A stretch of 63,624 nt of DNA, filler included, from Calcarisporiella thermophila CBS 279.70 (lineage: Eukaryota; Fungi; Calcarisporiellomycota): NCBI RefSeq assembly GCF_041956535.1. It is 5 parts of 5 records of this genome, joined end to end, with 100 filler letters (N's around TTAATTAATTAA, not from the genome) between each part and the next. Parts side by side here need not be neighbours in the genome. Positions count along the whole stretch, not along the records: positions 29,299 to 56,292 come from NW_027192198.1; positions 56,393 to 58,171 come from NW_027192216.1; positions 58,272 to 62,471 come from NW_027192197.1; 2 more parts are not named here. One strand, given 5' to 3'. How positions within the stretch are numbered: the first letter of the stretch is position 1; every line of letters starts with the position of its first letter. The position numbers and the translations under genes are program-made. Positions 50,081 through 61,861 of this stretch are shown piece after piece. The notes under the pieces are model-generated. The model was given only the letters and a program-made list of their open reading frames with translations. It had not been told where the DNA came from and did no database searches.

Positions 50081-51805
50081 ACAACCCTGGGCACGCCTGG
50101 CAATCTAGATACTGGAAAAACATTACACTCCCAACGCGCTGGGAATAGGCATCCTAACCACCCGTTACACCCAGCACAAGCTGATGAGGAAGGACGGTCT
50201 GTGGCCACACCTCTTAAGAGTGTGGCAGAGTTTAGGTGGAAAACTGGGTTTAACCAAAGGATACAGATTCACCCTAGATGAAGTACTCCCCCTCCCCATT
50301 AGTAACAATTCCTATTTTACTATAGAAGGAGCACCAGTAAAAGGGAAGGTAGAAAAATTCGGGCTAGCGAAATTGGAAGATTTCTTCAAACCGCACAGAG
50401 ACAATATCTACCAACCGATGATCGAACCCGAGGTACACGCCCTAGTCGCAAGGAACCCTGACAGATACTCGAGGGAATTCAGAGAACATTATCTCGATCT
50501 TCACCTACTATGGAGGAGAAAGCTGCTCCGCCTAGACGAACGACTCGCCGAGACTCTCACACAGCGAATCCCCCTTGTTGGTAACAAACACAACTTTCCT
50601 TTAACAAAATGTTCTATTGCAGGGATTGGGACCACCGCTTACACCACCAAAGCTGGGAGACTATACAAACAGGGTGCGCCAACCATAACCACCGAGGAAT
50701 GGAAGGACGTTTCCAATGACGTTGACAGATGGATAAAGGCATGGGCCAGGTGGAAAAGTCGTCCGTCAAAACCCAAGCACAGAACCCTTCGCTGGAGACT
50801 TATGAAGCATAAAATAGTTACCGGAATCATCACTAGCAAATGGACTGGAGATCCTAACACTTGCAAAAGATGTTCCCTAGGAACACCCGAAACAATTGCC
50901 AATGCCTTTCTAGACTGCCCAGCTATCGCGCAACTCTGGCAAAGAGTTGATGAGACAAACTGCCGAATAATTGGAATACCGCCACACGAATCCACGAAAG
51001 AAGACAGACTGTTTGGACAAGACAAACAAATAGACCAACGGTTCAACGAAGTGGTTGCTCTGAGGCACGACATAGCCCTGTGGATAATATACCGCTCGAG
51101 ACTTGAATTAGTGCTGGACGATGTCCAACCCAATCCGGTAGCCATAACCAAACAATTTGACCACGAACTACAACGAGGAATAAAGTCCAAGTGGTGGATG
51201 GCAATGAAACAGGAACGGAAAAGAGACTTCATCGATAAATGGTCAAGGGGAAACTGGGTGAACATCATAGATGATTCTGTGATTTTTATCCAGGACACCT
51301 CTGAAGATCAAATCCCAGCCCCAACTCCGGCTTGAGAACTGCACCCAACCCTCCACTGCTGTATATTAATACCATCTTCTCTATCGTTCTTTTCCATACT
51401 TTTTCTTTTTTTTTTTTTCTTCTTCTTTCCTCTTCCTTTACTTTTTCAATCCTTCACTTCTTTTCGTTATTTCATGTACATAAGTAGCCTATCTTAATAC
51501 CGTTGCACACAACTTTTTATCCCTCCCTCTCACATTTTTTTCCTTTCCCTTTCTCCTTCTTTATTAAACTAATTTCTGTTTCCATACTTTCCTAGCTCTT
51601 TCCCCATCACCTTTTCTCTCTTCCACTTACACTTATATCTTTTTCTTTCTCTCTTTCTTACTTTTTCCTTCTAGCTTCCAGATTCTGCAAGGTAGGCAAG
51701 GAGCATTACCTGGGTGATTTTGACGTAGAAGTTACCCTACCTTTTTAACAGGATAGGATACTTTTCAATAAAGGTCCTTTGTTAAAAATAAATCAAGTAG
51801 ATGTC
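50081..51805 (+). mobile_element. LINE family D, 5'-truncated: ORF2 C-terminus with zf-RVT plus pyrimidine-rich 3' UTR
   Basis: ORF 50184-51335 contains LRWRLMKHKIVTG..CKRCSLGTPETIANAFLDC..LW (CCHC knuckle, His mutated to Asn) and ALWIIYRSR. A second copy lies at 56393-57140. Confidence 0.9.
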
Positions 51806-52218
51806 TTTATCTCTCTTTTCCCTTTTTTTCTTTTTTTTTTTACTTTTTTAATTTTTTTCTTTTTCTTCATTATTTCATGTACATAAGCAACTTATCTTAA
51901 TACTGTTGCACACAACTTTTTATATCCCTCCCTCTTACATTTATTCCTTTCCCTTTCTTTTATAAACTAATTTCTGTTTCCCTACTTTCCTAGCTCTTTC
52001 CTCTTCACATTTTTTCTCTTCCTCTTACACATACCTTTTTTTCCTTTTTCATTTTTTTATTTAATTCCTTTTTCTTTTCCCTTCTAACTTCCAGATCCTT
52101 CAAGGTAGGCCAGGAACATTACCTGGGTGAATTTGACGTAGAAGCTACCCTACCTTTTTAACAGGATAGGATACTTTTCAATAAAAGTCCTTTGTTAAAA
52201 AAAATTCACGTAGATGTA
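51806..52218 (+). mobile_element. Second tandem copy of the LINE-D 3' UTR
   Basis: Diverged repeat of ~51400-51805 (TTCATGTACATAAG...TTACCTGGGTGA.TTTGACGTAGAAG...CAATAAA). Confidence 0.85.
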
Positions 52219-52221
52219 CGA

Positions 52222-52635
52222 AATGGCTCGAGTTCGAGTCCCGTAACCCCCGCCAGCACAAAGATGTTCCTGGACTCCCCACTAAATTCAGTATCTTGCT
52301 TGTCGTGTCTATGTTCTCAATTAGTATTGCCTCTGTCTTTGCTGATCTGGTTCTCTGCAATCCCATTCTCTGTCTTGTCGTGCCTGGCCTTTCCATAATC
52401 ACTGTGTCAGTACTGCCCCTTGCTTGCCGTGTCTGTCGTGCCTGGTTTCTCAACTTGTTGTGTCTAGTTACTTTACTTTTACTGTTTCATAATTGCTCTC
52501 TAACTTCTGCTAGCAATTGGCTATAATCAGCACAAAGGCATACAACCTTTGATTCATCCAATTAACTTTATAAAGATATTTTTCAATAAAGATCTGAGGC
52601 TTCAAAAAAAAACGATCACGTAGATATCTTTATAC
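52222..52635 (+). mobile_element. Putative SINE-E (5'-truncated tRNA-like head)
   Basis: GAGTTCGAGTCCCGTAACCCCCGCCAGCAC (B-box plus CCAGCAC, as in SINE-A). Tail TTTTCAATAAAG...A9...TCACGTAGAT resembles the LINE-D terminus. Confidence 0.55.
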
Positions 52636-53790
52636 TCTAACTTTGTTTTTTTATCCAAAAGTTTCTTTCGTTTGTATAATTTTATTTACAATAAACCACA
52701 GGACGCAAATATTCGCACCCAAAAGGGGAGAAAAATGATCGCATAAATGATAATTTTTTTCTCATAATGTTTACCACCATTCAATACTATACTTAGTAAA
52801 ATGAGTTAAACTTTACCCTGCATCTAAGTATTAAATGTCTTGTTTGTCTGGCATCTTGTAGAAAAAAAAGACTTTAGTCGGCTTTTATATGCGAAGAAAT
52901 TCGAAAAAGCTAGATACCGGTGAATGTGTAATAATTGAGCCAACTATATCGCAGGAGTTACGGGGCCAAGAAAATTCTGTAATCAAATTAGGTTCTGCAG
53001 TATAAAAAGCGATCTTTAAACAATTTCCTTTCCATAGAGAGTAGAGGGAGATTCCAAGGGCACCATACACTGATGGAATTAAAGGCGGTTTATCCGCATT
53101 GCCTCCTCGAAACCGGATTGCGAACTATCTCAACACTTTGTGTTGCAAGATCCTTTGATAAATCGGAAAAATAATTACCGAAAAAAAACCATAGTACCTC
53201 AGTTTATTAATTGATCCTAGAATTATGTGTTTAACGTAATATACTGCTCCTTTCTTTCTTAGCCGACAATCCATCCCTTTACTATGCTTGCATCTCTATT
53301 CTATTTATGTTTCTGGAAAGTAGAGTGAGTGTGACCAATTCTTTTTGGTGCTAGTTCGAAAATTAATTACCCACATACTACCTCACCAACTAGACATAAA
53401 TATATATAATATATATATTATAGCAAATATATCCGAGGTCGCTTCTAATTACTCTATATGGCCTCCAGAATCAGTTCAGCTATATTCAAAATTGAGGCTC
53501 AGATCCATGGATATCCATATTTAGTAAGCTATGACTCCTGTTCCAGAACCCGTACATATACATGAAATCAGCCACTATTATGATAATATGCAATTATTGG
53601 TTAGTTCATATGGCACATTACGTCGGAGTAACCATGGATAAGCATCACTAGGGAATCGGTATACTTTTATATTTAAAGGATCGAAGGCACTCTGTATGTA
53701 AAAATAAACATACAAATACGCATTAGATTTTGCGTATCTTCGCGCCAAAAGTCCCACTTTTCCCAGAACCATCTCGGTTTTTTCGTTCCA

Positions 53791-55737
53791 ATGCAATCGT
53801 CCTTCGAGATGGACAACAAGCCTTTTGTTGACTCCTCTAATACCATAGACCAAGCGGCTGGTCCTCCGAAATCCATGCTACAGAAGTTCACGCACGCATT
53901 GGGATCTACTGTATTTCTTTTTGGAACTCGTGAACGCATATGGGATCTTACTCTTTTATTGCCATTGATCCTGATTGCTCCCTTATTTGCTACGACGATT
54001 GTTCGACAAAACGAATGCCCTTCGCTGACAAAAGATGATTGTTATTATAAAGTTGTCCGCCTGACTGCAGCAACCTCTTCCATCGCGCTTTTTATTGTCG
54101 TGAGTAGATTCGGCGATCTGCTAATCGCATTGAGAGGTGGACTGAAAGCAGCATTCCGTGCGCTATTTCGGAGACGAACGTCTGCTGGAGTGGTTATACG
54201 TCCCCAAATGTGGTGGTGGCAGCCTGCTTCCTCTGCTTTTTGGTCTCTAGGCGTGAGCCTACTTATATGGGGTTCACTGCTTCCTGAAAAAACATTCTGG
54301 GCTACCTTTGTAATTCAAATAGTCTTGGGAATTATCAACGACCCAGGGCTCGCTGCGGGTATATGCAAATCGAGCATTGTGCCGGAAAAAATGCCCGGAA
54401 TTCGGACCGTGTTAAAGGTACAAGATGGTTCACTTCTAAAAGTCAGGTCATTGGGTTTGCGTGTTCTAAGTAAGAGACTGGGAATTGTATGGTTGCCGAA
54501 GACTTGGGCGTACCCTCACAAAGACTGCGACACTATGTTTTCCATTGATGGGACTATGGAAGCGGATCTTCTTTGGGCAACAATTCATCAAGCGGGTTCT
54601 TCTTCTTCAGATTTTGTCGGCGACCGATTTTTGTGCCAATGCCGCGTCCGTGCCCTATTAAAAGCCGCAACTGAGGCCAAGTGTGATTACCTTGCATTTG
54701 TAGCTGCTGCTTCGGCTCCTACTGCAAAACATTCCAACCTTATTAAAGATTGGATTACAATGGAACGTCCACTCAGCTTCCAACCCATAATAGCTATTGT
54801 GGCTCATGACTCAATATTTCCCAGTTGGCATAACGACTTGAAAAGTGAATTTTCTCCCAGCACATTGCAGTCTTCCCCGAGAACGTCTCAAATCCTCGAG
54901 TTCGGGTTACTTGGCCTTTTAGATTCATTTAAAGGTACATTGTGGCTCGATGCGAATACGTCCGAAACTTGTGCCTTTGGTGCTGCTGCAGAATCCACTA
55001 CCGCGTATGTAAGTCGGCCCAACTCTCCAGATTCAGTATGGGCCGTGCGAGATTTTGCGCTATCCGACCGACTCCTATATTATCGTGATTTACTTTGCCT
55101 TCCCCCTGAGGACGCTGACAAGAATATTTTTCAAACAATTACGCCAGATATCACTAATCTTAAATCCGTAGAGGACGCATCGCCAGTCAATAGAGTCGTG
55201 GTTCGCTTGCGTCCCGAGGTGCAGAATCTGGTGAGAGAGGCTTGTCAGTATGCATGGTGGCAGTTGGACTATTCCTACTTGCTACTATTGCCCCCAAAAA
55301 ATGCAAAGTGCGAAATACCAAGCTCTCCAGCTGACAAACTAGTCCTCTATGAAGGCGCAGTCGGTTTGCGTGTTAAAAGGCGAATGTGGATCCTTTCCAA
55401 TAATCTAAACGACTGGCCGATTGCTACCTCTTCTTTCTTGGTTCAGAATGCTCGAATAACCGGAATAGAATCTGTCCAAGTGGCTTCATCATTGAACTAT
55501 CATCCGTCAAGGCCGCTGCAACAAGACTTATCCGCTTCAAAAACAGATACTACAACATACCTCAATATGAATGGAGAAGAGATATGTATTGCAATGTGGC
55601 TAGAGACAGATACTTCTAACTCATCCAACCGGAATGTCTTAACAGCAGTTGGATTGGCAAGTTTATCAGCGCCAAAAATATCATGGACTAGGCTGCAGAT
55701 CAACCCAACTATGGTCCCGGTTACTGGCGAGGAATGA
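53791..55737 (+). CDS. Unknown 648-aa protein with N-terminal hydrophobic (TM) segments
   Basis: Long intronless ORF with 3-4 hydrophobic stretches. No motif recognised. Confidence 0.65.
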   Translation: MQSSFEMDNKPFVDSSNTIDQAAGPPKSMLQKFTHALGSTVFLFGTRERIWDLTLLLPLILIAPLFATTIVRQNECPSLTKDDCYYKVVRLTAATSSIALFIVVSRFGDLLIALRGGLKAAFRALFRRRTSAGVVIRPQMWWWQPASSAFWSLGVSLLIWGSLLPEKTFWATFVIQIVLGIINDPGLAAGICKSSIVPEKMPGIRTVLKVQDGSLLKVRSLGLRVLSKRLGIVWLPKTWAYPHKDCDTMFSIDGTMEADLLWATIHQAGSSSSDFVGDRFLCQCRVRALLKAATEAKCDYLAFVAAASAPTAKHSNLIKDWITMERPLSFQPIIAIVAHDSIFPSWHNDLKSEFSPSTLQSSPRTSQILEFGLLGLLDSFKGTLWLDANTSETCAFGAAAESTTAYVSRPNSPDSVWAVRDFALSDRLLYYRDLLCLPPEDADKNIFQTITPDITNLKSVEDASPVNRVVVRLRPEVQNLVREACQYAWWQLDYSYLLLLPPKNAKCEIPSSPADKLVLYEGAVGLRVKRRMWILSNNLNDWPIATSSFLVQNARITGIESVQVASSLNYHPSRPLQQDLSASKTDTTTYLNMNGEEICIAMWLETDTSNSSNRNVLTAVGLASLSAPKISWTRLQINPTMVPVTGEE

Positions 55738-56125
55738 GTTTTAGGCATCGCATTTTTAGTCAACCGCAAATGTTGAGCGAATACATACAATATCTCCGTT
55801 TCACATGCATATCCTTAAGCATTTAATTTATTGGCTTTTTCTAATTGATTTGCATAAACAGTAAATTCATTTTCCACAACGTTGTTATTTAGAGTCGCTA
55901 TCTTTTATAATCAAACGAATAAAACTCATCTATCTTATCTAGCCGCAGTATCTTTTTTTTTTCAAAGTTGCAACGGGTATTCAAATGTAATTTTATTTGT
56001 TGGGTATAAAATTCGAAAGACTCTACATGATTTTATTAGAAATAGATTCAATACTTAGAAAACTGCCGGTTAATGATGGGAATGAACCTATATTGTAAAA
56101 ACAAAAATACAAGCCGTAATGATAT

Positions 56126-56196
56126 TGCATGGTCCGGGAATCGAACCCGGGTCTGCCGCGTGGCAGGCGGCAATTATACCACTAAACCAACCATGC
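56126..56196 (-). tRNA. tRNA-Gly(GCC)
   Basis: Acceptor GCATGGT/ACCATGC, anticodon arm GCCGC-CT GCC AC-GCGGC, GGTTCGATTCC, 71 nt. Confidence 0.95.
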
Positions 56197-56209
56197 TCTG
56201 TGATTTGTT

Positions 56210-56292
56210 TGTTACGGGCGGTTGGAGACTTGTGGAGAGATGTACGGACTTAAAAGAGAAAAATAAGAGATTGGTTTTTTGAAAGCACTCTA
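56210..56292. repeat. LTR-like repeat end TGTTACGGGCG 13 nt upstream of tRNA-Gly
   Basis: Similar to 28529-28590 (TGTTACGGGCG..TGTGGAG..ATAAGAGATT). Cut by the contig end. Confidence 0.5.
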
Positions 56293-56392
56293 NNNNNNNN
56301 NNNNNNNNNNNNNNNNNNNNNNNNNNNNNNNNNNNNTTAATTAATTAANNNNNNNNNNNNNNNNNNNNNNNNNNNNNNNNNNNNNNNNNNNN
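56293..56392. other. Artificial contig linker
   Basis: N-run with TTAATTAATTAA. Confidence 0.97.
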
Positions 56393-57140
56393 AAAAAGTT
56401 GTGTGCAATGGTATTAAGATAGGCTGTTTATGTACATGAAATAACGAAAAGAAGTGAAGGATTGAAAAAGTAAAGGAAGAGGAAAGGAGAAAAAAGAAAA
56501 AAAAGAAAAAGTAGGGAAAAGAACGATAGAGGAGATGGTATTAATATACAGCAGTGAAGGGTTGGGTGCAGTTCTCAAGCCGGAGTTGGGACTGGGATTT
56601 GATCTTCAGAGGTGTCCTGGATGAAAATCACAGAATCATCTATGATGTTCACCCAGTTTCCCCTTGACCATTTATCGATGAAGTCTCTTTTCCGTTCCTG
56701 TTTCATTGCCATCCACCACTTGAACTTTATTCCTCGCTGTAGTTCGTGGTCAAATTGTTTGGTTATGGCTACCGGATTGGGTTGGACATCGTCCAGCACT
56801 AATTCAAGTCTCGAGCGGTATATTATCCACAGGGCTATGTCGTGGCTCAGAGCAACCACTTCGTTGAAGCGTTGACTTATTTGTTTGTATTGTCCAAACA
56901 GTCTGTCTTCTCTCGTGGATTCGTGTGGCGGTATTCCAATTATTCGGCAGTTTGTCTCATCAACTCTTTGCCAGAGTTGCGCGATAGCTGGGCAGTCTAG
57001 AAAGGCATGGGCAATTGTTTCAAGTATCCCTAGGGAACACCTTTTGCAAGTGTTAGGATCTCCAGTCCATTTGCTAGTGATGTTTCCGGTAACTATTTTA
57101 TGCTTCATAAGTCTCCAGCGAAGGGTTCTGTGCTTGGGTT
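56393..57140 (-). mobile_element. LINE family D, 5'-truncated copy
   Basis: ORF 56575-57108 is nearly identical to the C-terminal part of 50184-51335, with the ETIAHAFLDC knuckle intact. Confidence 0.92.
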
Positions 57141-57157
57141 GGGTGAGTGGCCTCTAG

Positions 57158-57493
57158 TTTTTTTTGATCAATCAATGGAAACTTTTATTTAATTTCCATA
57201 TATTACATGAGGTTAATGTCAATGGACTTAACATAACGAGATATAGGTCCTTGATCGATAGACTTTCAATCGATATGCGTGTATCGTAGTTGTCGTGAAT
57301 AGCATGTACGTGAAACCGATGTAATCTTTTGTACTTATCGTAAGGGCGATCTTTTCAATAATCAAGACTCAGCTTCTGATCAAGTGGATAGCAGTCACAA
57401 ACTAAGAGCAAGTGCTGGTGGGGGAAGTGGGATTCGAACCCACGCCGTTCTCATCGGCATCCCAGGAATAGTCCACTACACTAACCCTCCCCC
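57158..57493 (-). mobile_element. SINE-A, full length
   Basis: Family sequence with TTGATC-polyA, stacked in front of LINE-D. No clear TSD. Confidence 0.9.
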
Positions 57494-58171
57494 AGGCTAA
57501 GCCTCCATTCTCTTGTTACGTAGAATATAAGATAGTATATAGAATAAGGATAAGATATTCGTAATCTCAGAAGTTTATCAATGTTTCTCTTTAATGTAAT
57601 TCTTCTCTTATTTTAGTTATGCTCAGTTTTAGTTAGAAACACTATATAAGTCTTAATGTTCCTTTTGTAATAAGAAAATAGAGGATTCAAGTTCTTTATT
57701 TTTCTATAATTTTTTGGTCTACTTCCCACTATCTTAAGTGCGTGTTCTGCATCAAGGACTGCAGAAGACTTAAGATAGTAATCGGATAAGCGGGATACGT
57801 ACATTATCTCAACACCTCCCAATCTTCCACACAACACTCTACTACTGCGCCATTGATCCTTTTAATTCCAAATTTCCTTACAACACTTCTGTTGCGTCGA
57901 ATAATAGACTAATAAGGTCTATCCTGACAATCCTCTAGCTATCCCTAAGCTCTTGATTGTCCTTCCGTAAGCACTTCAGAAGGCTAATAAACGACACAAA
58001 GTGGATTGTAAAGTAATCCGGTTCTATCCCCAAAACAAAAATAGCACTCTTTTATTGTAAACAAAGACGTTTCCCCTTTATACTAAAGATAACGTACCAC
58101 AAACATAAATGTAAACAAGATAATAAAAATATAATGAGGTAATCAAGGAAAAATATGTTAACCGTAACCGT

Positions 58172-58271
58172 NNNNNNNNNNNNNNNNNNNNNNNNNNNNN
58201 NNNNNNNNNNNNNNNTTAATTAATTAANNNNNNNNNNNNNNNNNNNNNNNNNNNNNNNNNNNNNNNNNNNN
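58172..58271. other. Artificial contig linker
   Basis: N-run with TTAATTAATTAA. Confidence 0.97.
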
Positions 58272-58744
58272 CCATTTTACGCCAACTTGTATTATGTAAA
58301 GAATGTTTTCTGAAGTTCATAAATAGTCCTTGATTTTTTGTAAAGAATAAATTAATCAATCTTTTTCTTCTTGACTTACTTGATTTGGAATCTTTGGAAC
58401 TCCGATCCCTCCAGAACTCGAGAAATCTTACAAAAAGTCCTCCAAACTCATCTGACTATTCTTCTGCGAAGAGGACAGTAAGAAACGAGACTTAATCTGG
58501 GAAATAAAACGAGGAATAGATGTGGAGAGAGCCGACATGATGAATATAAAAGCGAGTTATAATTATAATAAAAAGATGTAAGATTTAATATATGATTTTT
58601 TACGAATTCAAAGATGTGGAGCAAAGAAGCGTAAAAATGGTTTCGAGAATATTCTTGAATATATATTGTATTTTTAAGGAAATATTAATACTCTTGCAGA
58701 AAGTTCTGAAACGCTAATTCTTCAAAATCTAAATGCGGTATGTC

Positions 58745-58793
58745 TGATCAAGCTTGGAAACACCCATATTATGGGTGTTTCCAAGCTTGATCA
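58745..58793. repeat. Perfect 24-bp inverted repeat with a 1-nt spacer
   Basis: TGATCAAGCTTGGAAACACCCATA-T-TATGGGTGTTTCCAAGCTTGATCA. Confidence 0.95.
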
Positions 58794-58996
58794 TAGTTAC
58801 TTCCAGAGAATATTAAGCAACTCCTTTTGACCAATAAAACGGCCTTATCATCGTGAAGCTTGGACTGCTGACGTAGTCCGCATTCTATTTGAGAATTTTT
58901 GGCTGATTTCATATAATAATGACTACGTCATCCATTTCCATTTTAAATAGGTTAAATCATTTTATATTGACCCAAAGATTTTGGGGTCTAACAAAA

Positions 58997-61496
58997 ATGA
59001 GAGTAAATTGTATGATCATTGGGGACCAAATGACATCATTGCCTTTTCCGGTTGAAGTCAATGAATCCAGAACCATCTCAGAACTTCAGGAGAAGATTAA
59101 AGAGGCGAAAGAGAATCGATTGCGTGAAATTGACGCTACAGATCTCATGCTTTGGAAGGTCAACATCCCTATTGATGCATATGAAACTTGTTTTGAGAAG
59201 TTTGCAACAATGGACAAGCTACTATTATTGCCTGCGAAGGATATTCAGGAATCTTTTTCAGAAGAGCCAATGAAAACAAATATCCATGTTATTGTTGATA
59301 TTTCTCAGGGTATGAAATTCGGATAAAATTTGAAAAGTTTTCAACATCCTGCTCTTTTTATTTTTATTGCTTTGTCTGCTCATTTCTGATTAGCTCCATA
59401 TTCTATAACTTAGTGGACAAGCCGAAACCTGCCAAACTTAAAATTCATGAGGCTTTTCCAAACGGTATAAGTAATATTAATTTTACTGTTAACTTTTTGC
59501 TACTTATTTTGTCCTTTAAATAGGTTTACCATATGTACGACCAAAAGATTTACTCAATACAAGTGGATTACAATGGGAGTATCAACCTGATCCAAGCTTA
59601 CATGGCATATTGCGAGATGAGCTTATAAAGCATTATCGAAATTTTTGTCTTGGTCGTATCGATAAAACTACCATGCCGCTTTATCTCTTCCTCGCTGGAG
59701 CTGGCACCGGAAAATCGCGAAATGCTAACGAATTCCACAAGACACTGGCAGTGTGTTTACCTGAAGAAGAATCGGAGCTGAGAACAAGGATAGAAAATGC
59801 TTGGGTATTCCACGTAAGCTTTGAAAACGGCACTAGTTATGATCCAGTAGAAGAAAAACTTGCCTATCGCGCTATCGGTACACGTATGCTCTTGCAACTT
59901 CTTCCAGACAAATTGTTAGCCGAAATTCTTACTGCATATGAAGCACCGGCTCCTGAAGAGGTAATTCGATTAGTTGCTACCCACACGAGAATGAATTGGA
60001 GACAAGTTACTGTTATCCTGGCTGTTGACGCACTACACGCAATAATGACAAAATATGATGAAGGGCTTGAAGAAGATTCCACTTTCTATAGGACTATGTC
60101 CAAAATTGCCGATCTTGGTGTCAATGGTATGTTTGCAATCCCATGCTGTACTGCTACAATACTTGGACCAATCAATAGTTTTTTAAGAACTTCACACCGA
60201 CATCGTGTATACCTACCTGTCGCTACACTAACCCCACCGATTATTCGCCATGGAGATACTATACACCAAGTATTTCAAATGAACGACCATATTATTAAAA
60301 TTCTTGTCGATGATTGTGGTGGCCACGGAAGAGCGCTTGAAGCACTTGAATGCGCATTGGAGGGGGTCGACATATCCGCAATTAACATCGATGATTTGAT
60401 GTATAGAGTAGTTAATATGATCAGAAATTATTACCAAGAAGCTCTTCAAATATCGGTTAGAAATATCAATGCCGTTGTTCGAGCTATATTAACTCGTCGC
60501 CGTTTGCAGGCTGATGAATGCGTACCTGGTACAAATAAACTTCCAGAGGAATTAGCTCAACCAGGATTGATTCGTTATGAGGTGGAAGCCGGTGCTGACG
60601 ATGGGTATCTCACTGCACCATACATATGGATTTGGGTATTGGCACGAATCAAACCCTCGAGCGCGGATCTAGTGCTACGAGACTGGAATTTTTGCACCTA
60701 TGGAGAACTCAGGTCGAGAAGAGAACCAAGTTGTCCACCTGGCGCTCAATTTTGGCAGCATTTTGAACACTTCATTGCATCTTTTCGCTCACTTAAGTCA
60801 CGAGTATTCAATGAGGGACAACTAGTAGATTTTTCTAAAGTTCATGTGGGAGCACGCATTAATGGCGATATACAATTTATAAATCACCGTTTGAGTCTAG
60901 TGCGTGCTAGCGGCTGGGAGAATACAAGTTCAGCCAACCATCCGCCCGGTCAGTGGGAAGTTCCGTGTGAATGCTCCATAAAAATTGATGTAAGGGATTG
61001 CAAACATATTATTCTTAATGGAACATCAGCTCCATACGGCGATTCGTTTTTGGGGTTAGACACCGAAGCTGAATTTCAAGGATTGAATGAGGTTCATCAG
61101 TATAAAAGATATAATAGGGCAACGCTAAGAAAAACAGATTATTTGAACGAACGAACTAAAGCTGCGTCAGAAAGAGACTTTTTCCTGCTATATACTACTG
61201 CCCAAATTGATGATCTTGAACTTCCAGATCGCTCTGGAATTGTGGATGCAACCAACTGGCTTGATTATTTTGGGCCCTTTGCTGGGAGAGCACATTATTT
61301 TGCAGTCGTAGGACCATTAGATATAAATACTGCAAACCGTCGGGATCTTCTTGGAATAAGGGGGATTGGGCCAACGTATGCAGAGCAAATTATATCGAAG
61401 CGACCGTTTACAAACCTAGCTGATGCAATGGAGAGAACCAAAATTCCAGAAAAAGTGTTAAAAAAATTCAAGTTTACTACTTCATTAAATACTTGA
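58997..61496 (+). CDS. Crinkler (CRN) family protein: Ubl header + P-loop NTPase + REase-like nuclease + C-terminal helix-hairpin-helix
   Basis: FPVEV..TISELQEKIK..LMLWKVNIP..IHVIV header; LAGAGTGKS Walker A; LAVD Walker B; GDSFL..EVHQYK (PD-(D/E)xK-like); LDINTANRRDLLGIRGIGPTYAEQII (ComEA-type HhH). Introns at ~59310-59525. Confidence 0.88.
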
Positions 61497-61861
61497 TTGA
61501 AGTTTTAAAATTTATATATACAGGTTGCTGAAAAACTGTTGCAATGATATGTCATATTTCCTATACTAATTAATTAATCAATAACTACCCTAGAAGAATG
61601 GATCGGAAGATAATTGTAAAAATATTTGCGATCTACACTATATTAAGGAATACCTGCAATGTATGATTAGAGAATAAAAAATTAAGCTCCGGGGGGATGA
61701 ATATAGGAAAAGTGTTGCAATATGTTTTTTGGACTTGGTATATATGACTACATTTTTTTCTCATTGCACGGTTCTTGCTTCTTTATTTATTATTTTCTCA
61801 TCTGCATATGTCAAAATAAGAACACAAAACTCCACAAGTATATTTTATATACGTGACTACA

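Noticed and set aside
50639-51298. 219-aa antisense ORF in LINE-D
   Set aside because: A shadow of ORF2. It is broken in the second copy (56612-57157).
51793-52625. TCA(A/C)GTAGAT repeated three times as TSDs
   Set aside because: The same motif is part of the SINE-F 3' tail at ~28160, so it is a shared element terminus and not a target duplication.
2164-57493. CRISPR-like array
   Set aside because: The repeats are dispersed ~340-bp retroelements with no regular repeat-spacer period, no cas genes, and a eukaryotic context.
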